A DNA stretch of 64,000 bases from Candidatus Methylomirabilales bacterium. Its GTDB lineage: Bacteria; Methylomirabilota; Methylomirabilia; Methylomirabilales; CSP1-5. Shown here in pieces: positions 1-9,543 of the stretch (position 1 is its first letter; each line of letters starts with the position of its first letter). The notes under the pieces were generated by a model. That model was not told the origin of the DNA, searched no databases, and worked only from the letters and a program-made list of their open reading frames with translations. The position numbers and the translations under genes are program-made. Location of the stretch: contig JBOHQS010000001.1 of the NCBI GenBank assembly GCA_050732295.1, positions 46,081 through 110,080 on the forward strand, in the 5' to 3' direction.

Positions 1-1233
1 TAATCCTCCATTCCGAGACTCGGGCATCCCGCGAACTACGGGGTCAATGATCCCTTGACGAAGCGCCCGTGGCACCCGGCGATAGTAGTCCGCGAGCAGC
101 GCACCTCTGTATCGCTCATAGCCGGCAAAAAGCTCATCCCCTCCGAGACCCGACAGGGCGACCGTGACCCACTGCCTTGCGGCCTGACAGATCAGGTAGT
201 TCGGAATCGCGGACGAGTCCGCAAAGGGCTCGTCAAACGCCCGAATTATTGCTGGGAGGATCTCTTCAACTTGGGCGCTCAACAAGCATTCGGAATGGTT
301 CGTCCCAAAAGCTTCTGCCACTGCCCGCGCAAACGGCCGCTCATCATATGCTGAGTGATTTCCGGTAAACCCCACAGTAAATGTCTTAGCCTTCTGCCCG
401 GACGTTTGACCCATAAGGGCCACGATAGTGCTTGAGTCGATCCCTCCACTTAAGAATGCGCCTAAAGGAACCTCGCTTATGAGGCGCAGCCTCACAGACT
501 CTCTAAGGTGGTGGAGGAGACCCTCGGTGAAGAACTCTATCGGCTTGTCAAAATCGGGTTTAGGCTCTACATCCCAGTACCGTTTCAACTGTAAGTTCCC
601 GTTCATCCAGACTCCAACATGGGCCGGCGGGATTTCATATATCCCTTCGTAGATCGTCATAGGCCCGGGCACGTACATAAAAGTGAAGAATGCCGACATC
701 GCCTCGAGATTCATCCGACACTCGAAACCTTTCAGAGTCAACAGCGATTTCATTTCAGAGGCAAAGGCCAACCTATCGGCATCACACCAATAATAGAGCG
801 GCTTGATCCCTAACCGATCCCTGGCCAGGAGCAACCGTTTCCGGCGATCATCCCAAATCGCAAAGGCGAACATCCCCCGCAGGTGGGAAACACACTCATC
901 ACCGAAATCCTCATAGAGATGAACTAGACACTCCGTATCCGACCGCGTAGAGAACCGATGCCCCCGTTTCTCAAGATCCTTATGGAGTTCCTGATAGTTG
1001 TAGATCTCGCCATTAAATACTACCCAGATCGATTGGTCCTCATTGTGGACGGGTTGATGCCCCCCTTCCACGTCGATAATCGCCAATCGACGCATACCCA
1101 ACGCCACGCGATCGCCCAAATAATATCCTTCGCCATCAGGACCTCGACGGGCTAGTAATGTACACATTTTCTGCACACACCCATCTTCAGTTCCACTGGT
1201 TTTCTGACAGACTATGCCGACAATCCCACACAT
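1..1233 (-). CDS. asnB: asparagine synthetase (glutamine-hydrolysing), AsnB family; the C-terminal end runs off the window
   Basis: This gene is absent from the ORF track because it is open at the window edge. My reverse-complement translation from the ATG at 1233-1231 gives MCGIVGIVCQ... (Cys2 Ntn-glutaminase start). It continues through RLAIIDVEGGHQP, DTECLVHLYE and LARDRLGIKPLYY to the PP-loop FLSGGIDSS, and stays open to position 1. Confidence 0.9.
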   Translation of the reverse strand, partial: MCGIVGIVCQKTSGTEDGCVQKMCTLLARRGPDGEGYYLGDRVALGMRRLAIIDVEGGHQPVHNEDQSIWVVFNGEIYNYQELHKDLEKRGHRFSTRSDTECLVHLYEDFGDECVSHLRGMFAFAIWDDRRKRLLLARDRLGIKPLYYWCDADRLAFASEMKSLLTLKGFECRMNLEAMSAFFTFMYVPGPMTIYEGIYEIPPAHVGVWMNGNLQLKRYWDVEPKPDFDKPIEFFTEGLLHHLRESVRLRLISEVPLGAFLSGGIDSSTIVALMGQTSGQKAKTFTVGFTGNHSAYDERPFARAVAEAFGTNHSECLLSAQVEEILPAIIRAFDEPFADSSAIPNYLICQAARQWVTVALSGLGGDELFAGYERYRGALLADYYRRVPRALRQGIIDPVVRGMPESRNGGL

Positions 1234-1234
1234 G

Positions 1235-2413
1235 CTATTCGCCTTGAGGCTTGACCCCAAACCCGCGCCAGGCGAAAGGCCCGGTCGGCGATATGTTGAT
1301 CTTGGTCAGGCCATTACGCTCATACCAGCCTCGAACCTCGTCTGCACTATAATAGTTCACGCAAGGGTACGAGAGCCTGTCAAACCAATCAGTGTAACTC
1401 ACAAGAAAATCATGCTTCGCGTAACCTTTTACTCTGGGCGGCGCGATCTTCTCCAACACTTTGCCGAGCCCGGGTGTTTTCCGGAGCATCTTGTATGGCC
1501 AGATCAAAGCGCCGTAGTCGATGGAGGCCGCTATAAACGATGTCCACTTAATCATCCGACTTGACATCTTGAGGGTAATCATCCTGGCCACCTTCAGGGC
1601 AAACAGGAGGAACTTACGCTTGTTGGAGTAGATCCAAACAATAATCCCACCGCCCGCTTTTAACAACGGCACCAAGCAATCGAACGACTTGGGCGGATTC
1701 GTTGTATGATGCAGCACTCCCAGCGAGTATATGAAATCAAACTGTTGCTGCTTAAGCGGTAGGTTGAACACATCACACTGCACGGTCATCGCCTCCGCGG
1801 TCGGCAGGTTCTTTTCGTATGCCGCGTCCACCGACCAGCTTATGTCCATGGCGACAATCTCCGCCCCATAAGAAACTGCCTGCTTCGTATGCCGCCCAGC
1901 TCCGCAGCCACAATCCAGGCCGAGTTTACCTCTGAAATACTCCGGCTGAACCGGATAGATCAGCTCGAGAAAATTGTGTGCATCGTAATCCGCGAACTGC
2001 GTCCATTCATAACCAAATGCGCTTATGGTCTGCGCTTTCAGTTTGCTCACCTTGTCTCGCTGAACATCGGGGAATTGCTGTTGAATCTTGTCACCATGCG
2101 AGCTGAAAAACTGCGGATACCTATCAATAAGCTCAGCTTGCAGATCTTCGGGCAGAAATCTCGGCACGCCACCGATGATTGGGTACACCTTGCCGCAACC
2201 GCACTGAATCGTACCCTCTTCCACTTCTATGTTACTACAAGTGAGACAGTCCGGTTCCACTCCAAGACCAGCCTCAACGTAGGCACAATGGTCACGGCAA
2301 CGTTTTCCTTCGATGCACGCCAGCGGCGCGCGTCGCCTTGTCTCAAAGACCTCGACCCCAACGTCGCCCTTACACGACGGGCAGCACACTAGATCGAGCA
2401 AACGGTATTGCAT
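1235..2413 (-). CDS. class I SAM-dependent methyltransferase with an N-terminal Trm112-like zinc-ribbon
   Basis: 392-aa ORF. The N-terminus has CCPSC...CGCGKVYPIIGGVPRF (Trm112-type Cys pairs). SAM motif I is LGLDCGCGAGRHT. Confidence 0.75.
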   Translation of the reverse strand: MQYRLLDLVCCPSCKGDVGVEVFETRRRAPLACIEGKRCRDHCAYVEAGLGVEPDCLTCSNIEVEEGTIQCGCGKVYPIIGGVPRFLPEDLQAELIDRYPQFFSSHGDKIQQQFPDVQRDKVSKLKAQTISAFGYEWTQFADYDAHNFLELIYPVQPEYFRGKLGLDCGCGAGRHTKQAVSYGAEIVAMDISWSVDAAYEKNLPTAEAMTVQCDVFNLPLKQQQFDFIYSLGVLHHTTNPPKSFDCLVPLLKAGGGIIVWIYSNKRKFLLFALKVARMITLKMSSRMIKWTSFIAASIDYGALIWPYKMLRKTPGLGKVLEKIAPPRVKGYAKHDFLVSYTDWFDRLSYPCVNYYSADEVRGWYERNGLTKINISPTGPFAWRGFGVKPQGE

Positions 2414-2477
2414 CAGCCCTTCTTCGCCTCTGGTTGAAGGCGGTTCAAACTCTGCCTTTCCTTGTCATTTCGGCGGT

Positions 2478-2857
2478 CAATGCTACCTTTGGTCTATCCC
2501 AGAGCTCTTATAGTCGCGCGCCTCTCGGTCTTCACCCATCTCCCTTCTTTGCTGACAAGCGACTGGACTCTTAAGCAGATCTTCCAAAGTACATAAACTG
2601 GCCCGAACAATATGGCCTTGTAGGTTTCGTATGAGAATCTGCCTCTCACGACAGCAAGACCCAAATAAATCGCCACAACTATCGTCATTCCTATCATCCA
2701 CACCAACAGTGCTTCCTCATTTACCCAATACTGCAAAGAGAATGCAAGAAACATAATCCCCAGTAGCATAGACTGAGAAGGGAGAAGAAAATCTATCGCT
2801 GCGCCTAATTGTCTAATATCTGCTTTTCGGAGGGCATTCACCATCAGAACAGGAATG
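2478..2857. repeat. copy A of a ~380-bp direct duplication of the 3' end of the GT2 gene (partner copy at 3856-4236)
   Basis: Hand alignment of 2478-2857 against 3856-4236 shows most positions identical (caatgctacc...ggtctatcccagagct...cttccaaagtacataaactgg...gactgagaagggagaagaaa...tgcttttcgga). I did not compute an exact percent identity. Confidence 0.85.
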
Positions 2858-2865
2858 CATATCAT
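2494..2865 (-). CDS. 123-aa, 3-TM protein that is a paralogous copy of the C-terminal membrane module of GT2 3861-5063 (a gene remnant or a retained small membrane subunit)
   Basis: The frame is intact. About 89 of ~116 aligned residues are identical to the last ~120 aa of the 400-aa GT2 (IPVL.VNALRKADIRQL...FLLPSQSMLLG...QYWVN...PVYVLWKI.LRVQS...RWVKTERRAT). Its start overlaps the stop of the upstream methyltransferase by 4 nt (ATGA). Confidence 0.5.
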   Translation of the reverse strand: MICIPVLMVNALRKADIRQLGAAIDFLLPSQSMLLGIMFLAFSLQYWVNEEALLVWMIGMTIVVAIYLGLAVVRGRFSYETYKAILFGPVYVLWKICLRVQSLVSKEGRWVKTERRATIRALG

Positions 2866-3650
2866 GCTTTGCGGGCGAGAACAGCAAGAGCAAATCCTTG
2901 CTTCCTAATTGACGCCAGGTCGAGATAGGCTAACATTCTGGTGATCGGAGAGATTAGACCTTGTGCGATGCGATTAGACATTTTGTTCTCGTGAAACAAG
3001 GCGAACAAGCTGCACGCCAACTCCCCCGCATAGTACGAAAAGGTGTACTGCCACTGGCTGATCTGCAAACCAGGATCTTCGACCATTTTAAGAAGTTCGT
3101 CTTTGGTCCGCATAGGGGCAATGTGTTCACGCTTGCTCCACTCATGCATACCGTGCAAATGCCTGCTGAACGGAACAGGACAGGGACGCGCTAAGGGGAT
3201 GTGCAGGTACAATGAGCCGTCCCTTGTCAAGGCACGATGGAAGTTGTGCAGCACCGTTTCTTGGTCATAAATATGCTCAAGAGCATCGATGCAGATGATC
3301 AGGTCGTAGATCTCATTTGCGTTCAGTGTAGTGATGTCTTGGCATGCAAAATCGACATTCTTGAGCATCATGCGTTTGAGTGTGTCACGATTCCGTGAAA
3401 TCTGAGCTTCGTCCACGTCTACCGCATGCACCAAGGCTTCTGGCCGCTGCTCGGCCATGAAAAATGTGTAATCTGCCGCCCCGCATCCAGCATCCAGAAT
3501 CTTGCTCGCCTTGAGATCTTTGGTGAATCTTCGGAAGTAATGACTCCTGATAAAATGGCTGGGGTCTGCTAGGCCGAAGAGCCTGAAGTATGTCCGTTCC
3601 ACTGCACCGGTATCAGCTCGATAAAGCCGTGCCCTGCCAAATTGCATCAT
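2862..3650 (-). CDS. class I SAM-dependent methyltransferase
   Basis: 262-aa ORF. Motif I is ILDAGCGAADYT, followed by the acidic motif-II-like stretch VHAVDVDE and then LIICIDALEH. Confidence 0.8.
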   Translation of the reverse strand: MMQFGRARLYRADTGAVERTYFRLFGLADPSHFIRSHYFRRFTKDLKASKILDAGCGAADYTFFMAEQRPEALVHAVDVDEAQISRNRDTLKRMMLKNVDFACQDITTLNANEIYDLIICIDALEHIYDQETVLHNFHRALTRDGSLYLHIPLARPCPVPFSRHLHGMHEWSKREHIAPMRTKDELLKMVEDPGLQISQWQYTFSYYAGELACSLFALFHENKMSNRIAQGLISPITRMLAYLDLASIRKQGFALAVLARKA

Positions 3651-3855
3651 GACTAGGCGCCCGAACAGAAAATGCTCATACTCTTGTCATTGACCACTTT
3701 TTGACATGAAATAGCGAAGCAAACCGACCACGTTGCCGAGGATCTGGAGACCCGGGAGACGGCAGATATAGCCTTTTTCATCGTCGAGCACCCGGAAATC
3801 ACGAAATGCCCAAAATCGGATCTGGTGCTACACCAACTGAAGGCAGAATGGCGCC

Positions 3856-4236
3856 CAATGCTACCTTCGGTCTATCCCAGAGCTGTTATAAGTCGCGCGC
3901 CTCTCGGTCTTCACCCATCTCCTTTCTTTACGGAAAATCGACTGGACTCTTAACCAGATCTTCCAAAGTACATAAACTGGCGCGAACAACATGGCTTTAT
4001 AGGTTTCGTAGGGGAATCCGCCTGTCACGACGGCCACACCTATGTAACTGGCTATAACTATCACAATACCTATAAGCCACACAAGCAGTGATTCCATATT
4101 AACCCAATACTGGAAAGAGAATGCAAGAAAGATCATCCCCAGTAACATAGACTGAGAAGGGAGAAGAAATTCTACCGCTGCGTCTAGTTGTCTAATATCT
4201 GCTTTTCGGAGAGCATTCACCACCAAGACAGGAATG
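3856..4236. repeat. copy B of the ~380-bp direct duplication (inside the intact GT2 gene, extending ~5 nt past its stop)
   Basis: See copy A at 2478-2857. Confidence 0.85.
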
Positions 4237-5063
4237 TATCTTCTCACCACCTCTGCTTTCCCCGTCATCCATCTTAATCTCTGCGGCTTTCCTTGTGTAA
4301 AGTCGACCGCCCGTTCGGAGAAGAATCTCGCCATTGGATTGTAGTGAACAATGTATTCCCCAAGAATTAACTTCATGTAGTACTCGCCGTCCTCCCCAAT
4401 GCTGAATGCATCCCAACCAAAATTGGCAATTATCTCTCTTGAAAAGCACATCCCATTTCCCAGAAGACGACAGGACAGCCCAAGCTTCGACCTTGCCCGA
4501 TAATAGTACTGGAACTGAAAAAAATCGGACACGTCGGAAAGCCGAGTCAGCCAAGTGTCTCCCGGGTTTTTCGTAACCTCATATCCTTGAATCGCTTTCT
4601 TTCCCCCCTGAATATCATGATCCAGGTGATAGAGAAACGAAGGCGCTACCGTGGAGTCTGCGTCGAGAAATACAAAGGCGTCATACCGATCCTTTGGTAT
4701 TCGTTCGAGCGTCCATTGCAGGGTGTAGCCTTTCCCTTTCTTCGGATCGGTCCGTTCCAGGCAAAGCGCGCCAGACTGGCGAGCCACCTCCGCAGTTCTG
4801 TCCGTGCAGTTATCCGCGATCACAAAAATGTCTCTTAGTTTGGCGGCATAATCGCTCTCCAGAAGGCTTGATACCGCTTGAGCGACAGTGCACTCTTCAT
4901 TGTGTGCGGGGATTATTATTGCAAAGCGGGTCCTTGCACAAAGCGACCGGGCGAGTCTCTCCTTGGTTAAAAAGCCCAGTACGATGATCGCCAACTGATA
5001 GAGCACGATCAAAGTGAGCAGTGACTGTAACGCGATCAAGAACAGGAGAGCGACAAGTGTCAT
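3861..5063 (-). CDS. membrane-bound family 2 glycosyltransferase (synthase-like, with a Q(R/Q)xRW motif)
   Basis: 400 aa. It has an N-terminal TM segment, IIIPAHNEE, a DNCTD DxD-like site, FLDADS, QRLRWMTG and three C-terminal TM helices. Confidence 0.85.
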   Translation of the reverse strand: MTLVALLFLIALQSLLTLIVLYQLAIIVLGFLTKERLARSLCARTRFAIIIPAHNEECTVAQAVSSLLESDYAAKLRDIFVIADNCTDRTAEVARQSGALCLERTDPKKGKGYTLQWTLERIPKDRYDAFVFLDADSTVAPSFLYHLDHDIQGGKKAIQGYEVTKNPGDTWLTRLSDVSDFFQFQYYYRARSKLGLSCRLLGNGMCFSREIIANFGWDAFSIGEDGEYYMKLILGEYIVHYNPMARFFSERAVDFTQGKPQRLRWMTGKAEVVRRYIPVLVVNALRKADIRQLDAAVEFLLPSQSMLLGMIFLAFSFQYWVNMESLLVWLIGIVIVIASYIGVAVVTGGFPYETYKAMLFAPVYVLWKIWLRVQSIFRKERRWVKTERRATYNSSGIDRR

Positions 5064-5116
5064 CTATGTTCCTCTGCCCTAATAGTGTCCGTTACTGCTC
5101 TCGTGGACTTCCACGA

Positions 5117-7189
5117 TCAATGACGCTTCTGTGCGTGCCTATATGAGTCAAATGTTCGTCTCAGTCCTTGCTCGATAGAAACATCCGGTTTCCATTGAAG
5201 TCGGTTCTTAGCCCGAGAAGTATCATAACGAAGATTTTTAGTGGCGCAGACCAGGCGGTAGCGCGAGAGGGCAGGGAGGTTCTTTGTCCTAAGCATGTTC
5301 GCCCGGAGCTCCAGGAGAGACGCGGCAACGTAGATGAAGCCAAAAGGTACGTGCAATGTGAATGCTTTCAGCCCTGTCCTTTGAATGAGCTCGTTTAGAT
5401 ATTCACGTCCCGTGATCTGTTCATCGTCCACGATATTGCAGATCTGGCCAACCGCCTCCTCCCGAACCCCGGCCAGACAGATCGCGTCGACAACGTTCTC
5501 CACGTAGGCCAGGGGCAAGAGATGGTCCCCACGTCCAATGATTAGGAAGATCTTATTTTTTAGGGAGTACCCGGCCTGGGGAAAAAACACCCTCCCTCGG
5601 GGACCGTATATGGTGCCGGGGCGGAGAATGGTGGTCTGCAAGCCCTGATTTTGGGCGTAGCGAAGGACGAGTTTTTCTGCTTCGACTTTTGAATGGGTGT
5701 AGTACCCTCTCTTTTCAGGATGAAGTTCGTACGGGGTGTCCTCCGTTACCCATTCATTATCTTTCAATGGATGAACCCCATAGACGGAAAGTGAGCTAAT
5801 GTGGACAAAGCGCCTCACGCCAACCGCCACGCTTGCCTCGAGTAACCGCTCTGTCCCTCGAATTGTCGATTCGAGGTAATCGCTCCACGTACCCTTGGTG
5901 GCAGCCGCACAATGATAGACGACTTCGCAGTGTTCCATGCCCTTCTTTAGCTTTTCGACATCCCCCAGGTCACCTTCTACCAACTCTACATCCAGAGAGC
6001 GAAGATGACCAATTCGGCTCGTCGGCCGGACAAGCGCCCGGATTACTGTTCCATCCTTGGAAAGGTTCTCCACTAGGTGACTTCCGAGAAATCCACTTGC
6101 TCCAGTTACAAAAACCCTTGATCGTTTTCCCCTGTCTCGATTGCTGTGTCGTTGTCGAATCATTGGTTTGGGGAGTTTTCTTTGGATGGCTTCAAAGACC
6201 TGTACAACACGCCGTCCTGTCTCCCCCGGGATAGGAGGGTCCTGGCCGTGTTCGATGCTCTCGTAGAATGCCTGGACCAGATTTTCCAGGCCTTGGTAGG
6301 GCTTTAAGCGACCCAGCACAAATTTGACTGCATTTCGAACTGCTCCTGTGGCCAGTTGTGCTCCTTGTTCGACGCTCATGAGCCCTCGCGCCATGGCTTT
6401 TGGAAGCGGCGTAAGTCGCTCCCGTGATAAAATCATATTGGCGAGGTCCACGTTGAGAATGGATTTAGACCCATAGATCTTCAGAAAGTTTAGATGCGGT
6501 CTGATGCCTAAAGAGATCGAAAGGGTGCCCACGGCATCTTTTCCCGTCATGAGGACGCGTAATTCGTCTGGTACATGCGGACCAAGCATCCCCGTCACCA
6601 ACGTTGAGGCATACAGGTCGAGGGGATCCTGGAGGAATTCTAGGATCAGCGATAGCGGATGGGGTGCGAGATCCTGAAAGAGCCCTGACGGTAGGTTCTC
6701 GACCCAGCGCCGCTCAGAGGTCTGCCCAAGGTTGAAACCGTAGTAACTTTCAACACCAATGACGGTTCCAACGGCCCCCTTTTCAATCAGACGCCGGGCC
6801 TCCAAGAAAACCGGGTCGAATAGCTGATTGTGGTTCACGCAAAGCTTAACACCATGAGCCTTGGCAGCATCTATCATGCGATCAGCTTCTTGGACCGAAA
6901 GGGCCATCGGTTTTTCGACCAAAACATGACAACCCGCTTCCATCGCCTGGAGGGCAAGAGCCGCGTGGGATTGCGGAGGTGTCAAAACATGGACCACATC
7001 GGGTCTTTGCTCTTCGAGTAGTTGAGCAAAGTTCCCATAGGTTTTACTGATTTTGAACCGCTGTGTAAGAACATCTGCCTTTGCTACGTCCTGGTCACAC
7101 ACCCCGACGATTGTGTGCCTTTTGTCCCGTAGAATGAAAGGAATGTGCACTCGGGCGATTTGTCCGCAACCGACTAACCCGATCCTCAT
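5117..7189 (-). CDS. fusion protein: N-terminal Gfo/Idh/MocA oxidoreductase plus C-terminal NAD-dependent epimerase/dehydratase (extended SDR)
   Basis: 690 aa. The N-terminus MRIGLVGCGQIARVHIP is a Rossmann fold of the Gfo/Idh/MocA type. After a basic linker come [15 protein letters not shown] and YTHSK (YxxxK). Confidence 0.85.
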   Translation of the reverse strand: MRIGLVGCGQIARVHIPFILRDKRHTIVGVCDQDVAKADVLTQRFKISKTYGNFAQLLEEQRPDVVHVLTPPQSHAALALQAMEAGCHVLVEKPMALSVQEADRMIDAAKAHGVKLCVNHNQLFDPVFLEARRLIEKGAVGTVIGVESYYGFNLGQTSERRWVENLPSGLFQDLAPHPLSLILEFLQDPLDLYASTLVTGMLGPHVPDELRVLMTGKDAVGTLSISLGIRPHLNFLKIYGSKSILNVDLANMILSRERLTPLPKAMARGLMSVEQGAQLATGAVRNAVKFVLGRLKPYQGLENLVQAFYESIEHGQDPPIPGETGRRVVQVFEAIQRKLPKPMIRQRHSNRDRGKRSRVFVTGASGFLGSHLVENLSKDGTVIRALVRPTSRIGHLRSLDVELVEGDLGDVEKLKKGMEHCEVVYHCAAATKGTWSDYLESTIRGTERLLEASVAVGVRRFVHISSLSVYGVHPLKDNEWVTEDTPYELHPEKRGYYTHSKVEAEKLVLRYAQNQGLQTTILRPGTIYGPRGRVFFPQAGYSLKNKIFLIIGRGDHLLPLAYVENVVDAICLAGVREEAVGQICNIVDDEQITGREYLNELIQRTGLKAFTLHVPFGFIYVAASLLELRANMLRTKNLPALSRYRLVCATKNLRYDTSRAKNRLQWKPDVSIEQGLRRTFDSYRHAQKRH

Positions 7190-9543
7190 CGAGGTTCCCC
7201 ATTACAAACGAGCGCACGGTAAACTTCCGCCACCTTCTCTGCCATAAACCTCGCAGAGAACTCTTCTTCCACACGTTTCCGACCTGCTGCACCCAACCGT
7301 TGAGCCCAACCAGAATCATCCATGAGGGCAATGCAATTTTGTGCTAGCTCTTCCTCCCTCCCGGGTGTCACCAATATCCCGCTGACGCGATGCTCGATGA
7401 CCTCGGGAATGCCCCCTACTCGACTTGCGACAACAGGTCGAGCCAGCGCTAGTGCCTCAAGTAACACCATGGGAATGCCTTCGCTCAACGACGGCAAGAC
7501 AAAGAGATCCATGAGTCCCAAGACCTCGCAGGCGTCGTGTCGATGACCCAGGAATAATACTTCCTTTTCAAGACCGTATTCACGGGCAAGTGCTTGAAGG
7601 GGAACCTTCAACGGCCCGTCACCCGCGATGAGGAACTTCACAGTGGGTCTTTTGGAGCGAATGATGCGCGCCGCCCTCAGGAATGGCTGCAACCCTTTCA
7701 CGTATGTTAGCCGCCCCATCGTGCCAATCAAGAACTCTCCTCCGTTAAGCTTTAGGTCTCTCCTGAGTTCCGTCCCATTCCCGCTGGTTCGAATCCGTTC
7801 AATGTCGATCCCGTTATGAATACAAATGACTCTTTCGGCCCCAAATCGTTTGATGATCTGGCTCCTCATGGCGAAAGAGACGGCCAGAATTCGATCAACA
7901 AACCACCGGTTGACGACATTATCAATCGCTCCATATATGCCGGCCTTCATCGCCTGAAAGCCACCATAGTATTCGGACAGGCCATGGATGGTCCTGACCC
8001 GGTGGCGGATATCCCGATAGACTGACGAAAGGGCTCCCAGTATGTTGTCTTTGTATTTGTGGGTGTGAAGGATGTCGACGGGGTGCTCTTTGAAGTAATC
8101 TCCCAACTGCTTGAGTATTGACAAGGGATGGTGTAGAGATTCCGGAATCACGTGTGTATTGATTCCAAGGTCCCTCAGTTCACAGGCCAGGCGTCCTTCG
8201 TTAAAGAGAATCGTTGAAATCTCCAAATCGGACACCTTTTGCAATGAAGTGAGCAGAGTGGCAAGTTGCACTTCCGCACCCGCCCACAGGTCGCCGGAGG
8301 CTAGATGGCATACCTTGATTTTGCCAGAGGGAGGGCTCAACGCTGTAAGTACTCGGCAGGTCGGAGATTGTGTTTGTTGAGGGGCGCATGGGCCGTGGCC
8401 GGCGATCGCGATTCGCGGCCGTTTCGACGGTTCCCATGCCACCTGCCGGTGCCCCCGCAGATACCTGCCCCAGGCAGCGATCAGGGCCATTTGAACCACG
8501 GTGAAATAGCAGGGAATCCGTACGAGCTTTGAGTGTTGGAGTGAAGGAAGGAGAAGGCCGAGCGTGCCGAGCCCATAGAACGACACCTGGCCCCAGAAGA
8601 GAAGGCGATACATCCCCTCGCCCATCAGCATCCCGCTCGCCGTGAGCAAGGCGACCAGGAACAACGGGCTGACAAACCTTAACAGTTTATGGCTGATCAA
8701 CTGGAAAGCGAATCGGCCGTGAGTCAGAGGATTCAAGAGATCCAGGTTCACCAGGAGCACGGTGATTCCTCGAAGAAACGTCCGGATCTTTCGGTGCACC
8801 TCGAGCCGAGGCGAGGTCACCGTCGTCAACGTGCCCCGAACCGATGGGTCCGTCACCGCGCGGTACCCGTTACGGGCCGCTTGTATCGCTCCCATGAAAT
8901 CACTGGCGAGGGTCGGGGACCAATGGCCGCACAGCTCTCTCCGTATGGCAAAGCATGAGCCGCTCAAGCCGACGAGGCTGTGGAATCGGCTCTCGAGGCG
9001 ACGCACCCACATTTCATAGTTGACGTAGAGCCCTTCGCCGGTCGGGACCCCTGCAGTATCGACGAGCAGATCCTCGGTGCTGACTGCCCCGACGCTGGGA
9101 TCAGCGAAGTTCTCGACGAGCCGATCTAGGGCATCCGGCTCCAACATCGTGGCCGCATCTGTAAAGACGAGAATGTCCGCGCTCGACACTGCCACCGCAA
9201 GTCCCTGTGCATGTTCCTTTCCTTGGCGATCAGCCGATCGTACCAGGCGAACTCCCCTTCCAGCGTACCCTCGGACCATCGCATCGGTCCCATCATCCGA
9301 AGCATCCGAGGCCACGATGACCTCCAGGAGGGATAGCGAATAGTTGAGGGCGAGAGTGTTCTCGATCTTGTCGCGGATCTTTTCCGCCTCGTTCCTCGCT
9401 GCGATGATCACCGAAACCGACGGAGAGATTGTTATCTTGCACACATCTCGCGGCCGTCTCTTTCCCGAGATCCAGAGGATAAATGGGTAGCCAAAATACG
9501 TATAAAGAGCCAGGCAGATCGAGATCCAGAAGAGAATTTTCAC
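7186..9543 (-). CDS. bifunctional glycosyltransferase: N-terminal membrane GT2 plus C-terminal GT4
   Basis: 785 aa. The GT2 part shows VSVIIAARNEAEKI, SDASDDGT and FTDAAT, followed by several TM helices. The GT4 part shows HLASGDLWAGAEVQ...SLSEGIPMVLLEALALARPVVASRVGGIPEVI. There are 4-nt overlaps with both neighbouring genes. Confidence 0.85.
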   Translation of the reverse strand: MKILFWISICLALYTYFGYPFILWISGKRRPRDVCKITISPSVSVIIAARNEAEKIRDKIENTLALNYSLSLLEVIVASDASDDGTDAMVRGYAGRGVRLVRSADRQGKEHAQGLAVAVSSADILVFTDAATMLEPDALDRLVENFADPSVGAVSTEDLLVDTAGVPTGEGLYVNYEMWVRRLESRFHSLVGLSGSCFAIRRELCGHWSPTLASDFMGAIQAARNGYRAVTDPSVRGTLTTVTSPRLEVHRKIRTFLRGITVLLVNLDLLNPLTHGRFAFQLISHKLLRFVSPLFLVALLTASGMLMGEGMYRLLFWGQVSFYGLGTLGLLLPSLQHSKLVRIPCYFTVVQMALIAAWGRYLRGHRQVAWEPSKRPRIAIAGHGPCAPQQTQSPTCRVLTALSPPSGKIKVCHLASGDLWAGAEVQLATLLTSLQKVSDLEISTILFNEGRLACELRDLGINTHVIPESLHHPLSILKQLGDYFKEHPVDILHTHKYKDNILGALSSVYRDIRHRVRTIHGLSEYYGGFQAMKAGIYGAIDNVVNRWFVDRILAVSFAMRSQIIKRFGAERVICIHNGIDIERIRTSGNGTELRRDLKLNGGEFLIGTMGRLTYVKGLQPFLRAARIIRSKRPTVKFLIAGDGPLKVPLQALAREYGLEKEVLFLGHRHDACEVLGLMDLFVLPSLSEGIPMVLLEALALARPVVASRVGGIPEVIEHRVSGILVTPGREEELAQNCIALMDDSGWAQRLGAAGRKRVEEEFSARFMAEKVAEVYRALVCNGEPR

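Noticed and set aside
3651-3860. A 42-codon open frame in the spacer between the GT2 and the methyltransferase (FWAFRDFRVLDDEKGYICRLPGLQILGNVVGLLRYFMSKSGQ), considered as a possible gene fragment.
   Set aside because: It looks protein-like, but it has no start codon in context and I cannot match it to any family or to any other gene in the window. It is left unannotated; a tblastn/blastx search could resolve it.
5254-5261. An ops/JUMPStart-like GGCGGTAG octamer at 5254-5261, and a GCGGTAGC at ~54799.
   Set aside because: Both are on the plus strand, opposite to the direction of all transcription here. The first is inside a coding region, so they are probably chance occurrences.
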